Shown here one piece after another: positions 1 through 7,239 of a stretch of 64,000 nt of DNA. Source of the DNA: Deltaproteobacteria bacterium (lineage in GTDB: Bacteria > Desulfobacterota > Dissulfuribacteria > Dissulfuribacterales > QOAL01). Within the stretch, counting starts at the first letter, position 1, and each line of letters starts with the position of its first letter. Under the pieces are notes generated by a model that did no database searches, was not told where the DNA came from, and worked only from the letters and a program-made list of their open reading frames with translations. A program made the translations under genes and the position numbers. The DNA lies in assembly GCA_015493475.1 (NCBI GenBank), contig WGDC01000026.1:19116-83115 (forward strand). The letters run 5' to 3'.

Positions 1-254
1 GCCGCATATTTTGTTGAAATTTTAGGGGCGAGGGACAGAACCGCCCTGTTTCCCCTCAAGTAGGGAAAACCGGCTATGGGGATAACCTCCTCACATCGAA
101 GCCCGTTCTTGCTCAGGAGTTTTTCCATCAAGAGCCATTCCCTTCCGCATTTTTCCCCCTTGGTGTGAGGGTAGTAAAAAAAGGCCTTATCTGAGGCAGC
201 TGCAAGGCTTGCAGCCATGATAATTGCAAGTAGTACGGGGACAATTTTCTTCAT
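1..254 (-). CDS. hypothetical exported protein (3' end cut by window edge)
   Basis: ATG at 254..252; absent from the ORF track because it is truncated. The translation MKKIVPVLLAIIMAASLAAASDKAFFYYPHTKGEKCGREW... has a typical signal peptide. It lies on the same strand as the NapA-like gene, 95 nt downstream. Confidence 0.4.
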   Translation of the reverse strand, partial: MKKIVPVLLAIIMAASLAAASDKAFFYYPHTKGEKCGREWLLMEKLLSKNGLRCEEVIPIAGFPYLRGNRAVLSLAPKISTKYA

Positions 255-272
255 ATCTTTCTGTCTGAAGAG

Positions 273-292
273 GCCGGCGCAAGGGCCGGCCA
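273..292 (-). terminator. GC hairpin downstream of NapA-like gene (weak terminator or stabiliser candidate)
   Basis: ggccggc-N6-gccggcc forms a perfect 7-bp GC stem. On the minus strand it is followed only by a poor U tract. Confidence 0.3.
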
Positions 293-349
293 CGTTTTAG
301 TTCTTTTTGTTTTCTGTACCTTTTTCTGTGTTCGCACCCAGTGACATGA

Positions 350-2761
350 TCAGGCCTTCATGTGAACGAGGAAGGGCTTCAGGGGCCTTGGCCCGGAAAC
401 CCTCTTTATTCGGCAGGCGCATATCTTAAATTCTGGCTCCTTTGAGCCAGGATCAAATGCATCCTTGGTGACCCTGTTTATCATCCTGTTTTCATCCTCA
501 TCATGCCAGTAAACAAAAACCATGCCCTCGCATGGCCCGACATAAACCTTTGCAGGCAGTATATTCCTGCCTCGCCTTGAAACGACTTCTATCATGTCTC
601 CCGGTTTTATCCCCAGCCTTTCCGCATCCTTTGGGTTGACCTCCACATAAGCGTATGGATTCGCCCGCATAAGCTCTATGATCCTTCCGGTCATGCTACT
701 CGTATGCCAGTGGTCGATAATCCTGCCTGTTGACAGGTAAAACGGATACTTGCTGTCTGGCATCTCTGCGGGACCCTTTTGTGGCCTGAGCCATATCCAA
801 AGTTTCCTGTCAGGATGAGCGGGGCCGTAGAACTGGTATGGGAGGTCGTTCTTTGCATACTTGTCGGCAAGTGGATCGAGGCCTCTTACAAACTTTATGT
901 CTGTTCCACCCTTTAGTGCCCATTGCTTGGTTGGGGCAGGCCACTGAACGCCGTCAGGAAGTTTCTCCAGGACTTCATAGGTTGCCCCGCTCAGGTCGTT
1001 GTCTCTGCCCTTGGTAAGTTTTTGCGTGTACTCCTCCCATATGGCCTTGGGTAACTCATAATCCGGTTCCTTGCCCATGAAGGGTTCCACGCACTTTTTG
1101 ATTACCGGATCATTAAGTTCCTTAGAAAGCCGAAGTGCCCATTCTCTGACCATCCATACCTCGGGTTTTGCCTCGCCCGGGGCATTAACGGCCTTTACCG
1201 TGAGCTGGGAACGCCTCTCGGTACACCCGTAGACGCCGGTTTTCTCAAAAATGAATGCCGTAGGAAGAATCAGGTTCGCAAGCTCCGTGGTCTTTGTCGG
1301 AAAGATATCCGAAACGACAATAAAAACATCCTCCCTTCTCATACCTTTCCGGTACTTGTCACAGTTTGGAAGAGACTGTGCAGGGCTTGTACAGTTTATC
1401 CAGATGGCCTTGATTTTTCCCTCGTTGACTGCCTCGAACATGGCCATTGTATGGTAGCCGGGCTTTGGAGGGATACGGCCTTCCGGTATTCCCCAGAGGC
1501 GTTCCACCTGATGCCTCAGTTTGTTTTTTTTGACTAGCCTGTGAGCCGGCAGTATATGGCAAAGACCGCCTCCCTCCCTGACGCCCCCGCAGGCATTGGG
1601 TTGGCCTGTAAGAGAGAAGCTGTCCGCCCCGGGTCTACAGAGTTGTCCGGTGAGTATATGCAGGTTGTGGATAAGGTTGTTCGCCCAGACACCCCTTGAT
1701 CTTTGGTTTATGCCCATGGTCCAGAGACTCATGGTCCCCTCAGACTTGGCAAACCACAGGGCCGCCTTTCTGATTTTGTCAGCTGTTATGTTTCCACCGC
1801 AGATTCGCGCCACCTTTTCCGGCGTGTAATCCTTGATAAAGGCCATGTATTTTTGAAGACTGACCTTTTTCTTTTTCTTGCCCATGCGAAAGTCCGCATA
1901 GTTTTTCAGAAAATCCTCATTATAAAGCTTGTCTTCAAGAATTACGTAGGCCATAGCGTTGAGAAGGGCGAGGTCTGTCCCCGGGGCGAACTGCAGGTGC
2001 AGGTCTGCAATCCTTGATGTGGGGGAAACCCTTGGGTCTGCATTTATGACCTTGACCGTATCCTTGTTGTCCATCTTTCTGCGCATTATGCGCCTGAAGA
2101 GTACGGGATGCGCTTCCGCCGTGTTACTGCCTATGATGAAAAAGCACGATGCCCGTTCAAAGTTGCTATAGCTACCAATAGGCTCATCCGCGCCGAAAGA
2201 GGTAACGTAGCCGCCGACTGCGCTTGCCATGCAAAGGCGGGGGTTTCCTTCAACATTGTTGGTCTTCAGGCCTCCCCGCATTACCTTCTGGAAGATATAT
2301 GTCTCCTCGGTAAATGCCTGGCCGGAGCCGTAATAGGCTACAGAGTTGTTCCCATATTTCTTGACGGTCTTGGCAAATTCCTTGGATGCGATATCAAGGG
2401 CCCTGTCCCAGGAAATTTCCCTGAACGGCTGGTCTTTCCTGGCCCTGTAAAGGGGTTTCTTCAATCTTTCCGGGTGATTGTTTCCCATGAGCTTGTAGAA
2501 AAGCATGCCCTTCATGCACAAGTAACCCATGTTTGTGCGCGACTGCGGGATTCCCCTGAGTGCCACGGCCTTGCCGTTTTTTACCTCGAGTTCAAGTCTG
2601 CAACCAGACCCGCAAAGGCGGCAGGTGCCCTTGTGCCAGCTATCAGCATCTGATGCGTGGGCGGAATAATCCTCGTTGGAGATGGGAAGGCTTAATCCAG
2701 CGTATGATGCGGCTGTGAGGGCTGCCGTTCTTTTGATGAATTCTCTTCTTGAAAGCCCCAT
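350..2761 (-). CDS. napA: periplasmic nitrate reductase catalytic subunit-like molybdopterin oxidoreductase (NapA-like), Tat-exported
   Basis: Twin-arginine signal MGLSRREFIKRTAALTAAS. N-terminal 4Fe-4S motif CRLCGSGC...C. NapA-type Mo-ligand context NPRLCMASAVGGY. NapA-like GRIIDHWHTSSMTGR. 803 aa, with a cytochrome rather than an FeS partner gene immediately upstream. Confidence 0.8.
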   Translation of the reverse strand: MGLSRREFIKRTAALTAASYAGLSLPISNEDYSAHASDADSWHKGTCRLCGSGCRLELEVKNGKAVALRGIPQSRTNMGYLCMKGMLFYKLMGNNHPERLKKPLYRARKDQPFREISWDRALDIASKEFAKTVKKYGNNSVAYYGSGQAFTEETYIFQKVMRGGLKTNNVEGNPRLCMASAVGGYVTSFGADEPIGSYSNFERASCFFIIGSNTAEAHPVLFRRIMRRKMDNKDTVKVINADPRVSPTSRIADLHLQFAPGTDLALLNAMAYVILEDKLYNEDFLKNYADFRMGKKKKKVSLQKYMAFIKDYTPEKVARICGGNITADKIRKAALWFAKSEGTMSLWTMGINQRSRGVWANNLIHNLHILTGQLCRPGADSFSLTGQPNACGGVREGGGLCHILPAHRLVKKNKLRHQVERLWGIPEGRIPPKPGYHTMAMFEAVNEGKIKAIWINCTSPAQSLPNCDKYRKGMRREDVFIVVSDIFPTKTTELANLILPTAFIFEKTGVYGCTERRSQLTVKAVNAPGEAKPEVWMVREWALRLSKELNDPVIKKCVEPFMGKEPDYELPKAIWEEYTQKLTKGRDNDLSGATYEVLEKLPDGVQWPAPTKQWALKGGTDIKFVRGLDPLADKYAKNDLPYQFYGPAHPDRKLWIWLRPQKGPAEMPDSKYPFYLSTGRIIDHWHTSSMTGRIIELMRANPYAYVEVNPKDAERLGIKPGDMIEVVSRRGRNILPAKVYVGPCEGMVFVYWHDEDENRMINRVTKDAFDPGSKEPEFKICACRIKRVSGPRPLKPFLVHMKA

Positions 2762-2776
2762 ATTGTTTTCCTCCTT

Positions 2777-3157
2777 TTATTTATGGATGAAAAAGTAATG
2801 GGCTGGATGACAATCCCAGCATTTTTTGTTCTTGGGACGCTTCATGTATTGAGCGTTGTGGCAGGAGGCACAGGTGGCTTCATCCGGACTGGCCTTGATG
2901 TCTTCGTAGGTGCCGTGGCACTGGAAACATTTCACGTTGTCTATGCCGTGTACGGAGTTGTACCACTCCTTGTACACAGTGGGCGTTGCGTCTTTATGGC
3001 ATTGAGAGCATGGAGTAAGTTTTTCCTGGGCGGACAGTTCCGGATGCGCGCTGGCGGGCTTGGAAGAAGGGGTATTCTTTGAAGCCCATGCTGGGCAGGC
3101 GACTACAAGGGCCACGGCTAATACGAGGATACACGATCTTAAGAATTGTCCTTTCAC
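2777..3157 (-). CDS. small tetrahaem cytochrome c (NapM-like)
   Basis: Four CxxCH motifs (CSQCH, CFQCH, CASCH, CWDCH) in about 100 mature residues. The signal peptide ends in VVAC (lipobox-like) and AWA|S. GTG start with AGGAGG 6 nt upstream. The stop lies 16 nt before the NapA-like start. Confidence 0.8.
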   Translation of the reverse strand: MKGQFLRSCILVLAVALVVACPAWASKNTPSSKPASAHPELSAQEKLTPCSQCHKDATPTVYKEWYNSVHGIDNVKCFQCHGTYEDIKASPDEATCASCHNAQYMKRPKNKKCWDCHPAHYFFIHK

Positions 3158-3170
3158 GTTTCACCTCCTT

Positions 3171-3204
3171 GGAAAAAAGAAAGGGCCAGACAGGCCGGCC
3201 CTTT
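3171..3204 (-). terminator. intrinsic terminator-like hairpin after the porin gene, directly abutting the napM-like RBS
   Basis: The minus-strand RNA reads AAAGGGCC-GGCCUGUCU-GGCCCUUU (perfect 8-bp stem) followed by CUUUUUUCC. An A-run on the other side makes it potentially bidirectional. Confidence 0.6.
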
Positions 3205-3209
3205 TTCAG

Positions 3210-4649
3210 TTAAAATGTAAACCTGAACTCCGCATAGAAAAAGTCAAGGTCATCATCCTTGGTAAAGACCTGTTCTACCACGTCATCTCCCCAGACATGG
3301 CTGTAATAGAGATCAAGCCCCATACTTACGCCATAGGCCTTGTAAATGTCCTTGATAAAGAGGGACAGGTCCCACATGGTTCCAAGATCATCGTTGTCAA
3401 AACCACCGGCAGGCCTCAGGGCCTTGTATCCGAAGATATCCGCCCTCGTGGCACCGGAGCCCTGGTACCAGGCATCCTCCTTTTCCGTAAGCCAGAGCCT
3501 CGTAACGTCGCTGCGGACCAGTACGTTTGGAAGTGGCTTTGCCATGACCTGTCCAAAACAGTATGTGGTATTCATGAGGTTAAACCACGGGGTCATGGCA
3601 TAGATACGCAGGGTGGGCATCATCATGAAGAAGGTATCCCGGTCATGATCATTCGGATCGTCATCACCGGAACCCTGGAAGTAACCGCCTCGCACCCATG
3701 GCTGCCAGGTGATGTCCTCGAACTTGTAACCGCCTTCAAGGGCTACCGCGTAGCCGCTTTGGTCATCGGAACCCCATACACCTGTCTGGTAGTCTCCCCA
3801 GACCAAGAAATCAAAGCTGCCAGGACCGAGCTTGGGAGTGACGTAAATGATGTGGCCCCCAAAGTTGTGTATCTCCGGATCTTGGTGAAGGATATGCCTA
3901 TCATCGTTGTAATAGTAGTAGAATAACTGGGCGTCTAGCCTCGGTATGACGGAGTCCTTGAGGGTAAAGACAGCGGTGAGTATGTCTATGTCATGGATTT
4001 TCTTCCCGTGTACCTCGTTTTCCATGTAATCAAGGTAGAATCCTCCCTGGGTTGGCTCGAAGCCCGCCACGGTAAAGTTGTAGTCCTTATCATTCCACGC
4101 CACTTGGAAACCGTCGAATGAACGGCCCACCCGTGACCATTCAAATCCGCCTATGAGTCTTTGGGACACACGTAGCTTCCTGAGCCAGGCGATACGCTTG
4201 TTCTTGGGTTTTGTGCCGTATTCAAGGCCACTGTTGTATTTGAAACGGCCGATGGTAGCGCTGAGGTTTTTACAGCCCGGCATGCGGCCGCGTAGCCACA
4301 ACTGGTCGATGCCAACCTTTCCAACGTCTCTGGCCCCGTTGTTCTGACCATAATAGAGGGCGCCAGTCCCGTAAGAGGCATGTCTCGGAAGGCCGAAAAA
4401 CTGGGTCCAGTTTATCTCGCTGTAGGCGTCTATGTTCTGGGAATCGAAACCAAAACCAAGGCGCATCTTGCTCGAAACAAAGTCGTATTGGTCATCTCTG
4501 GTGCTCTGTTTTTCAAAGGTGGACCAGTTTTCATATCTTACCTCTTCCTTGAACTTAATATACGCGTTCTTGTTGATTTTGTAGGCATAGGCGTTTGCTG
4601 CTGAAAGAAACAACAAGGCCAAAAACACTGCAAAAATTGGTCTTTTCAT
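3210..4649 (-). CDS. outer-membrane beta-barrel porin-like protein
   Basis: Signal peptide MKRPIFAVFLALLFLSAANAYA|YK. Alternating amphipathic strand pattern rich in G/Y/D/W. C-terminal aromatic signature ...YAEFRFTF. Strong RBS AAGGAGGG. Confidence 0.75.
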   Translation of the reverse strand: MKRPIFAVFLALLFLSAANAYAYKINKNAYIKFKEEVRYENWSTFEKQSTRDDQYDFVSSKMRLGFGFDSQNIDAYSEINWTQFFGLPRHASYGTGALYYGQNNGARDVGKVGIDQLWLRGRMPGCKNLSATIGRFKYNSGLEYGTKPKNKRIAWLRKLRVSQRLIGGFEWSRVGRSFDGFQVAWNDKDYNFTVAGFEPTQGGFYLDYMENEVHGKKIHDIDILTAVFTLKDSVIPRLDAQLFYYYYNDDRHILHQDPEIHNFGGHIIYVTPKLGPGSFDFLVWGDYQTGVWGSDDQSGYAVALEGGYKFEDITWQPWVRGGYFQGSGDDDPNDHDRDTFFMMMPTLRIYAMTPWFNLMNTTYCFGQVMAKPLPNVLVRSDVTRLWLTEKEDAWYQGSGATRADIFGYKALRPAGGFDNDDLGTMWDLSLFIKDIYKAYGVSMGLDLYYSHVWGDDVVEQVFTKDDDLDFFYAEFRFTF

Positions 4650-4680
4650 TTCCTAACCCTCCTTTTTGTCTGAAAGAAAC

Positions 4681-4711
4681 GAGGCCGTGGCTCCCTATAG
4701 ACCACAGCCTC
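4681..4711 (-). terminator. intercistronic hairpin between the hao-like and porin genes (attenuator or stabiliser candidate)
   Basis: The minus-strand RNA reads GAGGCUGUGG-N11-CCACGGCCUC (10 bp including one G.U) followed by GUUUCUUUC. Confidence 0.4.
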
Positions 4712-4746
4712 CTTCCCATGTTTATGCTCCTTCGAGAGCTTGCCCA

Positions 4747-6111
4747 TTAAAGAGGACCCGTACTCATGACGGTGCTTGGCTCTTCAATCTTGTTATATTT
4801 CATCCTGTAGTTGTAAATCTGCTGCAGGTCCTTATACATCTGGAATATCTGGAAAAAGCCGTGCCAGTGTGCATAGTCTGGTCCGTTCATCGCCGCGCCC
4901 TGGCGCGCACGTCTTCCGGCATGATGCCAAAGGTAGTACATGATTTCCTGGAAGCCGTCTGCCCACGGATCCTTCCCGAGGAGTCCCTTGGCCGCTAGCT
5001 CCTTTTTCATCTTAACAGCGCCATCCCAGTAAAAGTTGTAAAGGGCGACCGCGTCGTCAAGTGTGTGTATTTCCTTCTGCATTTGAGTGGGGCCATGGCA
5101 GTTTACACAAACCTTTCTCATGAGCTTTGCACCTTTTTCTCCGTCACCTCTTTCACCAGAACGGATTACGCTCTTTGGATGCACGAGGTCCCACTTCAGT
5201 CTCTCGTTTATGTTGTGAGTGGTTGTCAAGTCTCCTATCCCGCTCATGTGGCAGGTAGCACATGTGGGAGCAGTGTAGTCACCGGGCTGCCATGCGTCAG
5301 GAGCGCTGTCCCATTCCCAGGTATCTCCTTGGGTTTGGAATATCTGTCCGTGTTTGCTCTCCATGTAAATCTCTATGTCCGGATGATCTGGGCCAAGGTG
5401 GCAGCTTGCGCAGGCCTCCGGTTTTCTGGCCTCCTCAACAGAGAATTGATGCCTCGTGTGGCAGACAGTGCAGGTACCTATGGAGCCGTCTGGGTACCTG
5501 GTTCCAATGCCACCCGGCCATGTGTTCTTTATGGGCTTATGATCCGGGCCGAGCTCCACCTTGCCTCCGTGACACATCTGGCATCCTGATTCACGTGAGG
5601 CCATGTTGCTCGAGTTGGACCTGCTGTTTCCTATGAACCCACCACCTTCGAGGTGGTAAATCAGGTTCAGGGTCTTTTTCTTATCTACGACGGGAAAACT
5701 TGAAAGCTTTGCGTGACCGCTTTTCAGGAACTGCTCAACCTCCTGGGGGTGACAACGTGAACAGGTGCGGGACGACACCATGGGTGATATGAAGATATTG
5801 GAACCCTTTATCCCTGAACACTGGCTCGCCATTGGTGAACTTTTTTCCACCACGTGACAGTCAAAACAGGACACAGATGCGTGGGCCATCTTGCCACGTT
5901 TCCATGACTCAACGATGCCCGGGGTTTTCTTGGAATGGCAATCAACGCATTTTGCCGCCGCCGGTGACATGCCCCTTTTAATAACAAGCTCCTTGTGAAG
6001 CTTGGGGGTAGCGTTGCCACTGCCTTGGTCAGCAAATGCCACACTGCATACCAGGCAAAGGAACACGCTGGCCAATATCAGTGTGCCCGTTTTACAAGCT
6101 AATCGTTTCAT
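4747..6111 (-). CDS. octahaem c-type cytochrome, hydroxylamine oxidoreductase (HAO) family, epsilon-Hao-like
   Basis: Eight CxxCH motifs (CVDCH, CFDCH, CSRCH, CQMCH, CTVCH, CASCH, CATCH, CVNCH). HAO-family blocks [31 protein letters not shown] and [24 protein letters not shown]. Signal peptide present. Confidence 0.85.
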   Translation of the reverse strand: MKRLACKTGTLILASVFLCLVCSVAFADQGSGNATPKLHKELVIKRGMSPAAAKCVDCHSKKTPGIVESWKRGKMAHASVSCFDCHVVEKSSPMASQCSGIKGSNIFISPMVSSRTCSRCHPQEVEQFLKSGHAKLSSFPVVDKKKTLNLIYHLEGGGFIGNSRSNSSNMASRESGCQMCHGGKVELGPDHKPIKNTWPGGIGTRYPDGSIGTCTVCHTRHQFSVEEARKPEACASCHLGPDHPDIEIYMESKHGQIFQTQGDTWEWDSAPDAWQPGDYTAPTCATCHMSGIGDLTTTHNINERLKWDLVHPKSVIRSGERGDGEKGAKLMRKVCVNCHGPTQMQKEIHTLDDAVALYNFYWDGAVKMKKELAAKGLLGKDPWADGFQEIMYYLWHHAGRRARQGAAMNGPDYAHWHGFFQIFQMYKDLQQIYNYRMKYNKIEEPSTVMSTGPL

Positions 6112-6151
6112 GTTAACCCTCCTTTGTTATTTTTATTTTCAAAAATCCAAA

Positions 6152-6703
6152 TTACTTGGCCTTCTTCGTAAGTTCCCTGAACTCCGCTACGAGATCCCCA
6201 TGTCCGACATCATGGTGGCAGTCCAGGCATGTCCTCTTGGTCTGCCCCACGAGGTAGGCCTTGTGGGCCGTAAATGCCTTTACGGGAATCCCGGGGGCAA
6301 CGAGTTTTTTATGACACTCCTTGCATCCGGAATTGTATGCTGCATGAACGTACGGCCCCCTATTTTTCCATAAGGTTAGCCAATCGGTTTTTTTCCCCAT
6401 CCAGTGAGCCTTCATGTCGTGAAGGCCGGCTATGGTTTTTGTTTTCAGGTAATCGGCAAGGCTATCGTGGGGCAGGTGGCAGTCAACACACCTGGCACGA
6501 ATCACGCCCTTTGCGTCTGTTCCGTGCTTGCCCGCTGCCCAGGTTCTGTAAAAGGGATGCATCTCGTGGCAAGAATTGCAGAATTGAACCGTGCTCGTAG
6601 ACTGGACCTGCCTGGCCATGAAAAAGGCTATTACAAGGGCTACAAGGAAGGCAATTACGCATGCGGCCAGTACAGCCCCCCCCTGATCTGTGATAATCCT
6701 CAT
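6152..6703 (-). CDS. NapC/NirT/NrfH-family membrane-anchored tetrahaem cytochrome c (quinol dehydrogenase)
   Basis: N-terminal TM helix AVLAACVIAFLVALVIAFFMA. Four haem motifs (CNSCH, CVDCH, CKECH, CLDCH). I place the start at the ATG at 6703, which has AGGAGG 6 nt upstream. The track start at 6811 is a TTG inside the AT-rich promoter region. Confidence 0.85.
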   Translation of the reverse strand: MRIITDQGGAVLAACVIAFLVALVIAFFMARQVQSTSTVQFCNSCHEMHPFYRTWAAGKHGTDAKGVIRARCVDCHLPHDSLADYLKTKTIAGLHDMKAHWMGKKTDWLTLWKNRGPYVHAAYNSGCKECHKKLVAPGIPVKAFTAHKAYLVGQTKRTCLDCHHDVGHGDLVAEFRELTKKAK

Positions 6704-6772
6704 GGAACCCCTCCTGCTTTGAGTTTGTTGAAGGATAATATAATTTTCATGCTTAATTTTAGCGAAATTTTC

Positions 6773-6851
6773 TGTTACTTTGTTGTTAAATATGTTACTA
6801 AATTGTAACAAATTTCATTAGTGCTGATTTCGTTGGAAATATTCTGTAACA
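6773..6851. promoter_or_regulatory. cluster of four TGTTAC/GTAACA hexamers, including an 18-bp palindrome, in the divergent promoter region
   Basis: TGTTAC at 6773 and 6793; GTAACA at 6805 and 6846. 6793..6810 reads TGTTAC-TAAATT-GTAACA. The outer copies share TCTGTTAC. Confidence 0.5.
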
Positions 6852-6864
6852 GACAGGAGGCCAC

Positions 6865-7239
6865 TTGACCGGTCTGGACAAGGGCTTGGAGGACGCGATG
6901 GCCATATTGAAAAGGGCGGACAGTATCAAGCTTAGGCCGCACCCGAGGTTTGATGGTGTTCAGATGGCAAAACTTGCTGGCAAGGCGGACGGTATAAGGC
7001 TTGGCGTATCCCTGCTTGTCATCTCGCCGGGGGTGCAGATTCCAATCCACACACATGCTGAGAGCGTTGATTCAATTTATTGCCTGAGCGGAAGCTGTGA
7101 GATATACCTGTCTGGAAGGTGGCGGTCATTTGGGAAGGGCGATTACTGCCTTGTCTCCCCCATGGAGGAACACGGGGTTAGGTGCGGGCAAGAGGGTGAA
7201 ACAAGGCTTTTCGTGGTGCACAGTCCTCCACTTTTTTGA
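6865..7239 (+). CDS. cupin-domain protein
   Basis: Cupin motifs IPIHTHAESVDSIYCLSG ... GDYCLVSPMEEHGV. TTG start with AGGAGG upstream (an alternative ATG lies at 6898). Confidence 0.65.
   Translation: MTGLDKGLEDAMAILKRADSIKLRPHPRFDGVQMAKLAGKADGIRLGVSLLVISPGVQIPIHTHAESVDSIYCLSGSCEIYLSGRWRSFGKGDYCLVSPMEEHGVRCGQEGETRLFVVHSPPLF

Noticed and set aside
2777-3157. Calling the small cytochrome NapB
   Set aside because: NapB is a dihaem protein. This protein has four CxxCH motifs in about 100 residues, so it is better compared with NapM or small tetrahaem cytochromes.
3060-3926. 288-aa ORF antisense to the porin gene, and similar long antisense ORFs (11517-12158, 28483-29130, 40179-40889, 41883-42443, 55801-56325)
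   Set aside because: All lie fully inside strongly supported genes on the other strand. They have no recognisable motifs and no start-site signals. I treat them as shadow ORFs.
6704-6811. 36-codon N-terminal extension of the NapC-like ORF (TTG start)
   Set aside because: It is AT-rich, contains the TGTTAC operator-like repeats, and precedes a strong AGGAGG-ATG at 6703. For the same reason the TTG start of lexA at 35925 was rejected: the SOS box and -10 hexamer lie within that extension.
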